A stretch of 64,000 bases of DNA, taken from positions 744,001-808,000 of the forward strand of contig JAMWBK010000004.1 in NCBI GenBank assembly GCA_029953675.1, given 5' to 3'. Positions 21,236 through 33,664 of this stretch are shown piece after piece. How positions within the stretch are numbered: the first letter of the stretch is position 1; the number at the start of each line of letters is the position of its first letter. The position numbers were made by a program, and so were the translations under genes. The notes under the pieces are model-generated. The model made no database searches and was not told the DNA's origin. It saw only the letters and a list, made by a program, of their open reading frames with translations. This DNA comes from Rhodosorus marinus CCMP1338 (lineage: Eukaryota > Plantae > Rhodophyta).

Positions 21236-21450
21236 AGATTTCACGCGACTTGTCATTTTAGTCTTGTTCTCGTTCCACGACTTTTTGACGCGCTTCTAGC
21301 TATTGAGTGAGAAGATTATTGTTAGACTGGCATTCATCTATACCCCCTACACTTCATGCGACTTAATGTTCTATTCTTGTTCTCTTTCCCGACTCTTTTT
21401 GACGTGCTTCTAGCTATTGAATGAGAAGATTATGCTTAGACTGGCCGTCC
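21236..21450. repeat. About 115-bp tandem duplication overlapping the stop and 3' UTR of the RTX gene
   Basis: gcgactt...cttgttctc...ttttgacg(c/t)gcttctagctattga(g/a)tgagaagattat...ttagactggc occurs twice. Confidence 0.75.
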
Positions 21451-22395
21451 CTCGGCTACATCTTCGATGGCTTCCCACCGGTTGTCGTTAACGTTGAAGG
21501 TATATGCCTTATCCCATCCTTCCCCACCATGCACGTAATCGTATTCACTCCCGAAGATGCTCAGGTCTTTGATTACATCGTTCCCACTTTCTCCCCAAGC
21601 TTTGTCCGTGCCACCACCCATATTGATCTGGTCGTTTCCTGCTCCTCCGTAGATATAGTCTTTACCATTCCCGGCCCTAATTACATCATCACCGTCACCT
21701 CCATATACAAAGTCCCACCCCTGCTTCGAATGAATGTAGTCGTCACCTCCGTTGCCGAAAATCAGGTCTGCTTCTTTTGTTCCGAAGATTCGATCATCAG
21801 CTTCGGTTCCAACGAAGAGGTTCAGGCATTTGACCTTCATAAAACACCCTCCAGTAATTTCTCCACAACGCGAATCGTTAATAATAGCTTGTCTGTTCAC
21901 ACCATTGTACACGATATCAGCCACAATTGTCAGCGTTCTGACGGTTTTACAGCAGTTCAAAGTCGCTGGACTCATTGTGTAGTCGTAATAGACGACCTGC
22001 AAGTTGTCTCCAGATTCGTCCAGTTGAAATTCGTCCAAACCGGCAGCGTTGTCCACTGTGCCCTCCAGGAGACCCACCCGCACCCGCTTGATGTCGTAGC
22101 CGTCTCTGGTCGGTCTGAAGGAAATCCTCGCGGTGGTGGCCCCGGTATCGCTATCGTAGTTATTCTTGACACAAACTTGAAGCTTGATATTAAACTGGTC
22201 GTACATATCTCGGCAGTAGACGTCTCTTGCCCAGAACACCCTCCGCTCGGCTACTGGCACTGTAGACGTGTCGCCCCGTGGGATCTTCGCCGGCGCAACA
22301 CTAGGCATTGGGAAGTCCGCACACGTACTCTGAGCTCGCACATAGCTCGCCGCCACTAGCATGGCCAGGAGGCTCAGCTTAATAAACATTGCCAT
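21436..22395 (-). CDS. Secreted protein, 319 aa: signal peptide, Cys-containing N-domain and about 10 RTX-type Ca2+-binding nonapeptides
   Basis: Hydrophobic N-terminus MAMFIKLSLLAMLVAASYVRA; GGxGxDxI repeats such as GNGGDDYIH, GGDGDDVIR and GGAGNDQIN. Confidence 0.85.
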   Translation of the reverse strand: MAMFIKLSLLAMLVAASYVRAQSTCADFPMPSVAPAKIPRGDTSTVPVAERRVFWARDVYCRDMYDQFNIKLQVCVKNNYDSDTGATTARISFRPTRDGYDIKRVRVGLLEGTVDNAAGLDEFQLDESGDNLQVVYYDYTMSPATLNCCKTVRTLTIVADIVYNGVNRQAIINDSRCGEITGGCFMKVKCLNLFVGTEADDRIFGTKEADLIFGNGGDDYIHSKQGWDFVYGGDGDDVIRAGNGKDYIYGGAGNDQINMGGGTDKAWGESGNDVIKDLSIFGSEYDYVHGGEGWDKAYTFNVNDNRWEAIEDVAEGRPV

Positions 22396-23519
22396 TCTTC
22401 CTCCTCAAACGAGTCGTTCACGAACAAAAACTCTCCACCAGACTCGTTGATCCTATAGCTTGATCTATGACCAATACCACCCACATCCAGGGCGCAGACG
22501 GATACCTTTATATAGCCTGGGCCGGTAGCTCCCGTGTGAAGTGAACTCGAACTTTCCACGGAAGAGTTTTCCGCTGAACAGCCAAGGGAAGAACGGCCAA
22601 CGAGTTGAACACAACGAGGTAAGGCGCCATGTTGCAACAGTTTGGAATGTCATCAACCGCCCTTAACGCGGCTGATGATATTCCAAACTAGGAGTTGTTC
22701 TGGACTTGTTGTTCTAGCCTGGATTTATAATATTACAGATTCCTCCAGTGGGAAGTGTACAGAATTCAACCGAGGTAGATCTGCTGTTCGATGCAATGAG
22801 TTCTAACGAGTGCTTTCTTTCGTTTTGCCAACCCGAGACTAACGCTCTAGTACAGCAAAGCCCGCACAAAAACGTAGATGAGTGAGTGGAGGTAGCACAT
22901 TTAGTTCTAGCCAGTGCTTTCTTTCTTTTTACCTCCAACGTAGGGAGCGGCTGTAGCTCGCCCAGGTTTACCTCATTTCCAGGTTTGGGATTGGAGATGG
23001 TCGTCCAAGCTTTGCAGCGCAAGACAATAGAAAAGTTGATTGGCCATGGACTTGTCTGCTTCTGTCCGATCCGTTCTAATTGGTATCTTGAAGCCGAAGA
23101 ATCCTTGAAAAGCAGCGAGGCTCGACCCTCGTATGCTGAGGTAACCGCACCTGAAACAAATCATGAATAAACCACCCTCTTCGGATCGCGTCTATCAACA
23201 TTTCCATCTACCGGTTCAACCGTTGAGAGAACATCCTCCTCTATCAACTGACAGTAGATGCCATTTGTACTTCTAATATTCCTAAGATTCATTTATCCGT
23301 TTCCGTCAGCTACAAAATATTTACACAATTCAATATTGCCGACAGGGCCCTGGAGATGGCTTCTTTGGTCCCTAAGCCGAAACAGGGCGTAGCGGGTGAG
23401 AAGGGTGTGACCTACTAGTTCACCGACTAGCTCGCCGGAAGTTTTTGCCTTATCTGCAATGTAATCATCAGCGGAACGTGAACCGCTAAAAAAAAAGCGG
23501 GAAACGCTGGTTCCTGCGC

Positions 23520-24055
23520 GAGCCGCTCTGCCGTTCCTGGAGCGGCCACATTTTCGTTAGAAACCAGGCAGCTTTGCCGTTCAACCCGCAATAAGCGCCG
23601 TTGTAGAGATGGCCCTAAGCGGATTGCATGTCCTGTTCTTGTTTGTTGCGTATGTTATTTCGCAAGGCCTCCCGTACGGGGGCCCTGCACTCACCAACGT
23701 ATTGAAAGTTGAGCACATTACGCACTACTTAAATGTTCACATACGATAGCGAACATTTCGGGCTCTCGTTTTTCGAAACCCGCCCAGAGATGATTAGTCA
23801 ATCAACCCTGAAGACCATTCGTTCGAAGAAAGGTGAAAAAAACAATTGTAATGCAATAGCTGGTCGACCGGTACCATTGGTAGTTGAGTGTTTTAGCTTC
23901 ATGGATTCTGTTAATGCTCCCGTTGGCTTCACAAATTCTTCCACCAGCACCCCAACCGGCTTTCTTTGTTGTTAACCCCGTTTGAGTTTCCTGCTGTGAC
24001 GCATGAACACTGCGTTGGTGTTTGGAGGCGCGTACTCTTCGCCTTCAGCGGTGGT
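23520..24055 (+). mobile_element. Second copy of the SINE-like unit of 15840-16395
   Basis: Shares the blocks listed for 15840-16395. It also abuts a family B tail in opposite orientation. Confidence 0.6.
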
Positions 24056-24059
24056 TTAT

Positions 24060-24375
24060 CGGTTTTTATTGGTTTTTATTGGTAGTTTTATTAGCCCCAT
24101 AGCCCAAAGCATAGTCTAAAGCGCCACGCAAGGCGTGAAAGGGAACTAAGAACTAGGTAGGGAAGCGTGCAAACCCAGGCGCCGATGGCGCGCCTCGGCG
24201 AGCAGGCTGCTAAAATATCGCCACTGAGTGGTCTAATAGCCTTAATCGCTACGCAGAACGGAAACTGAGTTAGGTACTAGGGCCAAAGCATGCAAGCGCA
24301 GGCGGTGATGGCACGCCTCGGCGAGCATGCTGATAGAATATCGCCAAAGAGCGACGCTTACGTGAACTCGGCAGT
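24060..24375 (-). mobile_element. Two stacked family B 3'-end fragments
   Basis: Two successive ...gcgctacgca...actag...gcgcctcggcgagca...gctg...aatatcgcca units, with tail repeats (ggtttttatt)x2. Confidence 0.75.
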
Positions 24376-25070
24376 TGAGACGCAGTATATGTTGTTGACC
24401 ATGTGCTCCGATGCCCCCGATTCCATGATGATGGTGGCATCCACCGTTTTCCTAGCCGCAGCTGGAACTCCTACTCCTCCTTTGAAACGCGCCGGCCAGT
24501 CCGAAACTCCTTTGGCTGCATCCGGACATCTCATCATAGTTGATGATGTCCATGGTCAGATCCCTAATCCTCGGGTCTGGAGTATTGCTCAGAGTCGTGT
24601 AGAGGTGAACTCTGAGCTCCTCCCTATTGTTGATACCAGACCTGAGGACTCGGGCTTTCTCGTCATCTGAAAGGTGCACCCCTTGTGCTCCTTGATCGAT
24701 GCGAACTGCTCGTCGTACCATTCGATCAGGGCTCTTACCGACCGGGTTGCTCTAAACCTTTTTTTTTCTGTGCAATTCGTTCCACAGTTGTTGCAGGTTT
24801 ACCGACCTTCTCTGTGAATACTCATCTATCCTGCAAGGCGAGCCACATCTCTAGCGCAGTGTCGCCCCCTTCCACCGCGACTTCCAGCACTCCGTCCGTT
24901 AGAGCGGAGATCATTGCTGCCCTTGCCTTGCGACTGTCCCCGTCGCTGAGGCTCTTTGCCTCCTGGCTCTTCCAGAGCTCCCCCTAGCTCAGTGTAGTCC
25001 AGGTACATCTCGACCGTTAGCTTCCACTATCTAAAGGCGAGATAACCCTTCTCCTAACCCAGGACAAAAA
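24375..25070 (-). mobile_element. Degenerate Ty3/gypsy-like gag fragment
   Basis: Broken minus frames read WNELHRKK...RSVRALIEWY and LSDDEKARVLRSGINNREELRVHL, resembling the retrotransposon gag 'LxQxxSVxxY...K...GL...LR' pattern. Confidence 0.4.
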
Positions 25071-25169
25071 TGGAGGGCGGATGGACACCCCTCATGTCTA
25101 CTGTCGACCGTAACAGGTTCGGCCTCCTCCTCCGTAAGTCGTCGCAAAGAGTTGAAATTCTCGGTTGTT

Positions 25170-25360
25170 CGTCTTCCCCAGGTCGTCGTAGTTCGGCTCT
25201 AGCTCATCGTCTGGTACCTCTGGTCATTGAGTGCTTTGGGTTTATGGGTTCCGCTGGTTCTCGTTGTCTTCGGGAATTGTTCCGCGAACGCCCTGACTGT
25301 CTCTCCTAGTTTGTTTACCCTCTTATGCTTCTTACTGTAGCGTATGAACGCTGCTTTCAC
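25170..25360 (+). mobile_element. Family A fragment
   Basis: Encodes SALAHRLVPLVIECFGFMGS...RELFRERPD. Confidence 0.8.
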
Positions 25361-25379
25361 TGCGCTTATACCTCGGCTT

Positions 25380-26155
25380 ACATCAGCCCCCTTGGCCGTA
25401 CGAGATGGGTTCGTCGTGCCCTCTCTGCTCTCAGACTGAAGACAACGCAGATTTTGGCGCCCACCTGCTCGCTAGTTGCCCGGCGGTGAAAGGTGCTCGA
25501 ACCCGCCGCCACACACGGATCTTGAACCTGTTATACCGGGAACTTCCGCCTATAGTCCGGCAAGCCGGTCTGGAAATCGAACGTGAGAAACCTTTACCCG
25601 TCGCGGACTTTCAAAATGATGAACGCCGTGTAGCCGACCTGGTGATCACCTGTGACGACAGCCGCCGTACCACATACGTTGATCTTGCTGTTCCTAACCC
25701 TCAAGCTAGTCGTTATCTCCCGGCTGCGGGGGAGCGCCGTGGATCTGCCGCCGCCAGCATGAGACGCCGCAAAGAGATCAAATACGCGGGGGCTTTGTCT
25801 TCCCCTGGTGTTCGTGCTTCGGCACTAGCACATCGCTTGGTACCCCTGATCATTGAGTGCTTTGGGTTCATGGACTCTGTTGGTTCTCGCTGGCTTCGGG
25901 AGTTGTTCCGCGAACGCCCTGACCGTCTTCAATCGTTGTTTACCTGCTTAAGTTTCCTGCTGTGGCGCATGAATGCCTCTTTGATGTTGGAGGCGCGAGT
26001 ACTTCGCCGCGCTTAGTCTTTTTTTCCCCCGGGGTTTTTTTTTTCAGCCTCCGATTAAACCATTCGTTCGTTCGTTCGATGTTGGACGCGTGATCTCCGC
26101 CGCGCATCGTCTTCGTTTCGCCTCGGGGTTTTTCTTTTAGTTTCCGATTAAACAG
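25380..26155 (+). mobile_element. Longest family A copy (open 203-aa frame 25405-26016: CCHC plus REL endonuclease, no RT) followed by a second short tail
   Basis: CPLC...HLLASC...RTRRH, VADLVI, YVDLAVPNP, KEIKY, LVPLIIECFG; (TTCG)4 tail at 26063-26078. Confidence 0.9.
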
Positions 26156-26654
26156 AGTCATTCAATAAATCATAGTGCTCTGCTGGCCTGGCAAACGACA
26201 ATCATTTGTTCTGATTGTATTCTCCAGGTGTTAGTAATCACGACACGCTTAGTACACTGTCAGCACCACCTGTCCAAGTCCAGTCACTCAGCAGCCATGT
26301 TGATTGGGTCATCCCAAATTGATATCGACCTATGGGTTGCCCGACTTATAGACTCATACAAAATCTTTCCTGATACTTACTTGCTTGCGTTGGCCATCAG
26401 GAGAGCAGTCGATAATGAAACTTTTATAGCACCCCTGCTATCAGTCAGACTCTCCTGCCAGGGGTCCTGGGCTAAGCACAGTCATTCTATTATCATGTTG
26501 GTTCGATTCATCCTATGCAATCAATCCTTGGATTTGCCAGTCTAGACTTATGCAAACTCTTCTTGATACTAACTGGGATAGGTGGACATTCAGGGGAGCA
26601 TTCCATAGTGCAGCTTTGTTGCATGTCTGCTATCACTCAGGAGCAGGTCTATCC

Positions 26655-27110
26655 TGGCCTTATTAGCATAGCCTACAGCGCTACGCAAACCGTTAAAAGG
26701 AACTAAGAACTAGGTAGGGAAGCGTGCAAACCATGCGCTGGGTCAAGTACCTATCTCCCATCTGACGCCTTGCGCCGGGATTGTGCAGCTGCTACTTTTC
26801 TTCCCCGACTGGAGGAACCACGATACGCCGAGAGTACGGCGAGCCTCCCTTGTGCTGAGAGCACGGCGCAAAGGTTTCAGCCCTTCATCTTCGAAACCTT
26901 TGGTCATCTTGAAAAGTCAAACTTGGAGTGACTGCATAAATGTTTTCTGGCCATCCTACCAAACCATCTTGTACTCCTCCTCCGGTTCAGAGTCACTGTA
27001 TGGCGATATTCTAGCAGCATGCTAGGCGAGGCTCGCTACCACCGCTTTGGCTCTTAAGTTTTTGCTCCTCGTCCCTAGTTCGGATCATCCCCTGAGTAGC
27101 GCTTAAGACT
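26655..27110. mobile_element. Family B 3' end (minus, 26655-26735) joined to a diverged family B fragment (plus, about 26740-27110)
   Basis: ttattagcatagcctacagcgctacgcaaacc... followed by aggtttcagcccttcatcttcgaaacctttggtcat... Confidence 0.7.
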
Positions 27111-27347
27111 TCGATGGCAATCACACCGCCAAGAGTCCGGCGATCGGAGGGAGAGAGGAGAGGATTGCATCCGGCCGGCAACGCTCAAGCCCGCGGATTG
27201 TTCGTCGGGATGGCCGATCAATCGAGAACATCTTCATCCTTCTGTGAAAGTTGAAATTCGTAGGATTTATTATTGAATTTATAGAACTATGAGGAAGGCC
27301 AGGTTCGGACTATATCTATCGGCTTGTCGGTGGTTGTCGGTGGGAGA

Positions 27348-27992
27348 TCAGAGCCAGGGTTTGGATTCAAATGATGTAGAAATGTTGGGTGCGTCAAATA
27401 AGGTAAATTCAAGTTGTTCAATGAGCTTTCGTCGCTCCCTGGATCTTCTCGCGGACTCTCTGTTCCTCAACTTGCGTTTGTAAAGTACAAGGTCTCTCTC
27501 CTCGGCGCTCATACTCTTCACCTTGTATGAGGTCGTTCCGCTAATGTCCGCTAGGAGCTCAGATGGGTACATCTGGGCTTCAATTGCCCTCTTTTTCCAT
27601 AGGGGCATCCCCTTCCTCCGCATCTTCTTTCCATTGGACTCTTCCCGAGCAAGATCGTTTTGGTTCATTGGCGCAGCAAGAACATCTCGAGATACAACTG
27701 GGTGCATGAAATGCTGCTCCTGTCCAGAAACATTTGACCGCATATCGAAGTCTTGACATGCCGACCGGCAGTCCTGTCCCAGACCATTGTCCAGACCGAA
27801 TTGTGATGCCAACAACGCATCCATCACATCCTGCTTGGGGTCCGAAGCCTTCTTGGCTGTGGCGGTGCCGCACAGTTCAACTACAAGCTGGCAAAAGCCA
27901 GGTATATCAGTCAACTGGCCTCCATCGTAGGCCTGCAGTCTCTCCTCAAATTCCAGCATAGTGGGATCCATCTCTCTCTGTACCTGTATCAT
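27348..27992 (-). CDS. bZIP-like transcription factor, 214 aa
   Basis: Basic region LYKRKLRNRESARRSRERRK. The zipper after it is very short (LIEQLEFTL). Confidence 0.78.
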   Translation of the reverse strand: MIQVQREMDPTMLEFEERLQAYDGGQLTDIPGFCQLVVELCGTATAKKASDPKQDVMDALLASQFGLDNGLGQDCRSACQDFDMRSNVSGQEQHFMHPVVSRDVLAAPMNQNDLAREESNGKKMRRKGMPLWKKRAIEAQMYPSELLADISGTTSYKVKSMSAEERDLVLYKRKLRNRESARRSRERRKLIEQLEFTLFDAPNISTSFESKPWL

Positions 27993-30900
27993 TTGCTCTT
28001 TCTACCATTCCTAGTTTGTGCTAGCTTGTCTTTTGCTTATCTGTCTCTCTCGCTCAACCGCCTCTCAAACAACAGTCACTCTGCTCGTGTGCATTTATAC
28101 ACTTAGCCGGATCAACAGCAACAGGTCCCACGAGCATGGGCGCTAATTTTCCGACGAGGGGTTCTCAAATTCGATTCCGCATTCGTTACCTTTTGACTTA
28201 AACTTTTTTCTTTTCTTCTGTTTCTTTGATAAGCTCCGACTCTTATTTTGTTTTCTTTATGCGCACTCGTGCCACGCTGCATAAGATAGTTAGGATGCAC
28301 ACCCAATCCACTCCAAGAGGAATCGATGAGGAAACTCCGCACAATCTGACCCGAAGGACTGTAAGACTCCAGAACCGATTCGAGAGTACCGCTTTCAGAG
28401 AACTAAAAACGAACAAAAAGGTGAAAACAAGGACGAGGGCCTAAGCGAGAAGGCGCACTCTCCAGTGGGCTCTCCTTGCAGGTTGCCGTACTCCAACTTC
28501 CTTATTCAGCCTACGCACGATTCCAACAGCACAACCCGGCTTGCCCGCCGTTTTCTACCCCTCACAAGCTAAAGCCAGGACAAGGGGAAACCCAGATCAG
28601 ACTTATCAAAAATCAACGAGGAGAACGAATTCTGAGAAAGGAATCCGGTAGCTAAACTTAACTTGCTGCCGGCATCCCTTCCCCCCCGGCTCAAATTCCA
28701 ATCCCTCCATCAACAAAGCTCGCCGTCCCAATGGAATTTAAAAGACTAAAAGAACACTAACGAGATACTATGACTCCTACCCTCAGGTGGATTGGAGTCA
28801 AGACTTGGATTCAGCTTCAGTCCTCGTGCCTGGCTCACAAGGCCACCATCATCCCCCCCCTTCAACTCTGCCGTTTCTCAATGGACGACCGGCAACCTTT
28901 TGCCAATCGATTTTTCTACAAAAACTTTAACAGTACGTTCTGAACCGTAGTTTTGACCCCATTTGCGATGAGTTTGCTTTTTAGGTGTTCGGCTTCGACA
29001 CCGGCTAGCCATTCACCAACAAAAATGAGCTCCAATTCAATATTTTCGTGAGACAAGAACATCGCGTTGGGGTCATATCCAAAGAACACCTTTTTACGGG
29101 TAGGTAGTGAATGCACTATTTGCTTTATTATTGCTTTGACGTTGTCTCATTCATTGTTTATGGAGAAGAACACTAATTGTTTAAGGGGGGGTTATGGAAA
29201 AGGAATTATAGCGTCGAAAATTTTTCGAGAGCGAGGCTGACGCTAATTATATTCATAATTCAACGCTCATCGCGAGTACCCCGCGGAGTCCGGTGTTTTC
29301 TTTTTTTGTACAAATAGAGGAGGGGCTGAATTTATTTACATAATTTAACGCTCATCGGGAACGACAGATCAATTGTTTTAAAAAATCAGAATTTACTGGA
29401 ATTAGGCAACTTCCCAAACATACGATTCCTTCCCCCTCCTCTTCGTACTGTTCAGTGTAGAATATTGGAACAAAAATTAAATGTTCGAGGTTTTCTGCGA
29501 AATCTCTGTACCCCACCCCACTCTGCTAGCGTTTGTTTTGCGGGCAACTGGAATAGGGGTTAGCCGGTTCAAGTGTAAATTACAGTATAGTACTGTTTAT
29601 AGTATATAAATAAATTATTTAATATTTTGTCTTACTCTAATACCTTCTTGGTTATCCAGTTTACAATGATTAATCACTAAGCGCAGGAGAGAAACAATCT
29701 GAGGTTCGCATGGTAAAAACGGGGTTGGTAAACGAACTCGTCTAGAGTTTCTGTCCGACTTCGTGCCTGCGTTTGTCCCCACAAATATATCAATAAACTT
29801 TTATTTTACAGAAATACCTCTAATTAGTACTTTGCGAGACGGGGGGGGTACGTACTCTCACTGACTCATACGTGAATTGCAACGAGGCCTGTAAGGGTCT
29901 CATCCAAAACAGGCAAATTCTCACCACGGTTTGGCACATCCACATGAAAATGCTAGTTCTAATTCAAGGGAAAAACTACTGCATAAATGAGTTTATTCAA
30001 TAGTTTTAGAGACGTTTTGACAACAACTACCATTATTATGAATAAATTACTCTAAAATATGACTTATAAGCCTCTTTCATGGTTCCTGCGAAAGGACGGT
30101 ATTGATGGAGTGCGTTCTTTGAGGCCTGTTCTCGTGGGTGTGCAAAGGAGTTTGCCGAAAATTCAGCCCATCGGTAATGGGAAACTGAAACCTGTTTACT
30201 TTGACGCTGCTGTGAAGCGCGTTTTTACCCAACTTGCCAATAAAACCGAAGAAGAAGATGATCCTCGCCTTGCTGGTTTTCCATGAGAGCTATCTTGTCT
30301 GGCAACTAAGAATGCTACCAGCACTGCCAGAGAGATTTGATCCTAAAGGGGCTAACCCTTCCCATGTCTCGTTTGGGGGGTCCGCGATGTGGGTTTGCGA
30401 TTGGGGGGTTTGCTTCAAGTCATTTGGGCCGTACATACCAGTTTTGAGTTCTTCGAACGCTGAGTGGTGTACGGAAGAAGGGAATTTATAGAGATTGGCA
30501 TCTGTGGGATAGAATTTCTACACCTCAACGGCTACTCGTCGTGTTTTTTTTCTACGCCCGGCCAGAGCAACAAAGAGCTTCTGGTGACGCCCGGCTACTC
30601 CCGATGAGCGCTGAAATATCTTGCGCCTTTTTGTTTTGAAGTTCGATGATGGTTGCGACTCTAGTTTGGACACTGTCCGTTGAACACTGCCTTTCGATGC
30701 TTGGATGGTCACAGTCCTGTTTCGGACAGCAAAGCTACCTGTAGAAAGTCTCGAGCGCGTACTGCCTGGGATGGCCTGGCGAAGATCCGGAGGACTTGTG
30801 GATACGTTTTCCTTGGCAATGATCATGAGTTGCAAAATTGGAAGGAGTTGTAAGTGCGAGGCCATGCGGAGTAAGCTTTTAACAATGGAAGGGCAGTTTC

Positions 30901-31522
30901 TCTAGATGTATCAAGCGTGTATCCTTTCCCTCTGTTCAGAGGGCGATCGTCTCATGCGTCGTTGGAACGGAATACCTCACCTCGTGCATGCCATGCCTTC
31001 AATTCTACCGACCATGACATAGCTAGAATATAAATTATACCATTGAAGGGCAGCATCCTGTTCCGAGGAGTGAAGGTTTATGAATAGCAGCTGATCTCCA
31101 GTACAAAACTGGTGACGACTGTGCAAGAGCTCTAGTTAGAATTTGCCTGGTTCCGACTCATCCGTTACTGGGGGAGCCCGCCTAAACCGGCTCCCTGTTC
31201 AGCGAACTGAAAACCCAAATTCAAGCGCGTCTTCTCGAGGGCAGACATCATCACCCTCAATTCAAAATTCTGAAACTTGAGTGGCGTTTGCTAGCGTCAT
31301 AGTACTCCGTCCAATGCACCGCCGGATGAGAGAAACAACCAACGTCAGCTAATAATCCCCTTATTTCGAGCCCCGGAATCTAATTCAGAAGACTTCGGAC
31401 AAGCGCGCACTGTCCGAGCATCAAATCCTCTACGACAATCCGCCCGACGGGGCTGAGCAACCCACCACGACTATGTAAGTATCTGAGCACTACTATCCAA
31501 TAGCGATCGCTAATGATGACAC

Positions 31523-31760
31523 CGCTTGGTACCCCTGATCATTGAGTGCTTTGGGTTCATGGACTCTGTTGGTTCTCGCTGGCTTCGGGAGTTGTTCCGC
31601 GAACGCCCTGACCGTCTTCAATCGTTGTTTACCCGCTTAAGTTTCCTGCTGTGGCGCATGAATGCCGCTTTGATGTTGGAGGCGCGAGTACTTCGCCGCG
31701 CTTAGTCTTTTTTTCCCCTCGGGGTTTTTTTTTTCAGCCTCCGATTAAACCATTCGTTCG
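31523..31760 (+). mobile_element. Family A 3' fragment, nearly identical to 25830-26070 and 34910-35200
   Basis: cgcttggtacccctgatcattgagtgc...gcgcttagtcttttttt...ccgattaaaccattcgttcg. Confidence 0.9.
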
Positions 31761-32044
31761 AATGATGAGAAGCTTCTAATATTGAGCTTAAATAAATATT
31801 TGTCTGGCAAAATCATTCGATTTCATGATCGTAAGACAGGGTTATCCAATTAACGTTTACTATTCTTTTCATACGCAAATCGGAGGCCAATTGTGTAGCG
31901 GTATTTGTGTGATATTTTGATATTAATGCAATTAGATTGTAACGTGCCGATTGTCTATTGCGGATATCCGGTGAGCGGGGACTTTGTTTGCGATGCTGCA
32001 GAGGCTGTGATAATTCAAGTACGAGAAAATGAGGCCAAGTAATA

Positions 32045-33165
32045 TCGGGTCGACTAGGAGGGCTGAGACTTACCTCGTGGCTCACCCGAAGCAAGCGGTG
32101 TTTGGTTCCATGGCCTTCGGAACTTCGGCCTAGGAAAGCCCTTAGTTTCGACTGAGGCGCTCGAGGACTCTCCCATCGACAGAGTACTCGCCGACGAGGG
32201 GGAAGCTAGCCCCGGATCACTGGTAGCCGATTACACGGGTCTGAGCCGATTATGTAACTCGCGCACAGATGTGATACAACATAGCCTCACCTGGGGCCAA
32301 CACAGTGCCGCTCACGCATTCTTGGTCAACTCTCCACTCACACCGCCTACCACCGCCGCTCGCCTTCGCGGCATGGGAGGCCATCTTTCACATTTGTGTT
32401 TAACGACCCTGCTGTCATCACTGGGTCACCGTCTGGATGCCTTCCAGTTTCGCTCTGCCGCACGGATTTACCTGGGTTTGCCACAAGCTCCGTGGCACTC
32501 TAATCGGCCGTCTTTCTGTCAGGGATGTGAGAGTCGGATCGATGGGCTTGTGGTTACCATTTCTTAGGTTCATGAGGACTGTTGAGAGGTCTTCGTACGA
32601 GACGTCACACTCGCTTCAAGTAAATTCTCAGCGAATGTTTGACTCGGGTAGGGCATACGGTTGAGGTGGAATCGGAACTGCCCAGATCGGTCTCGGATAG
32701 GGCACCGCCCCGCTGTATCGCAGATCTCCTCGTCTCCGATGCTGCCGCCAGACGCTCAGCATATGTTGACCTCGCGATTACAAGCCCTGTGGCAAGCGCC
32801 CATCTGACGGCTGCCGCCCGCCGCCGGGGAGCAGCTGCTTCGGCCCTTCGCCGCGTGAAGGAACGACGGTATGCTAAGAGTATGGCCAGCCTGCCTCGCG
32901 CTGAGGGTCGCTCCCACCGGTTCCAGCCTTTCATTGTGGAAAGCTTTGGTCACGTGGAGAAGTCGGGTTTGGAGTGGTTGCCGAAATGTTTCGCTGAGCA
33001 TCCTGGACTTTTGCGGCGCTTAAGTGTCTCTCTGTGGCGATATTCGAGCAGCATGCTTGCCGAGGAGCGCAGGAGGCGCCTGGGTTTGCACGCTTCCCTA
33101 CCTAGTTTTTAGTTCCTTTTCACGGTTTGCGTAGCGCTGTAGGCTATGCTAATAAAGCCAGTTTC
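32045..33165 (+). mobile_element. Family B 5'-truncated copy with complete 3' end
   Basis: Starts near RLGGL; ORF 32639-33112 encodes the REL domain; ends ctatgctaataaagcc. Confidence 0.9.
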
Positions 33166-33299
33166 GACTTAATGAATAACACAGGCGCGCAGGAGCGTTT
33201 TATACCACGCGAATTCGAGCTTCTGGTTTAGTATATTATATTGTGCCTTTCGTAATTGAGCTTTTGTTGTAATTGAGCTTTGGTCTCGTGGACCTGGTT

Positions 33300-33500
33300 T
33301 TGGTTTTCGACTCGGTTACTGGTTCTCCTTGCCTCCGCGGCGTATTTCCTACGCACCGAGAACGGCTCCCTCTCTGTTTACCCGTTTGAATTTTCTGTTG
33401 TGGCGTAAAAATTCTAATTTGTTGTTAGAAGCGCGCAATTTCCGCCATCACTAGTCCTTTTTTGTCTCGCAGCGCTTTTTCTTCTCAGTCGAAAGCTCCA
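33300..33500 (+). mobile_element. Diverged family A 3' fragment
   Basis: ggttactggttctc...ctctgtttacccgtttgaattttctgttgtggcgt...gcgcgcaatttccgcc. Confidence 0.6.
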
Positions 33501-33664
33501 TCCGTTATAAGTTTAAGCATATGTGCTTTGCGAAATATTCGAGTATGACTCGGTGTAGGGCAATAGAAAAACCTGGAGCTCTTGAGCATGACTACGAATA
33601 CAGTGTTGTGGAATTTCGACTGAGCTGGTATCTGACCTCCTATTTTATTGATTTCGACTCTACT

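Noticed and set aside
21421-22359. 312-aa plus-strand ORF fully overlapping the RTX gene
   Set aside because: Antisense shadow. Codon bias of the real gene suppresses stops, and the product has no recognisable features.
22700-23170. ICFRCG knuckle-like and ERK-containing integrase-like snippets
   Set aside because: Too degenerate to support a call without a profile search.
30059-30905. 75-115 aa ORFs in the 30-31 kb region, and similar ones in 51600-54000
   Set aside because: No motifs, paralogs or splice pattern; left unannotated.
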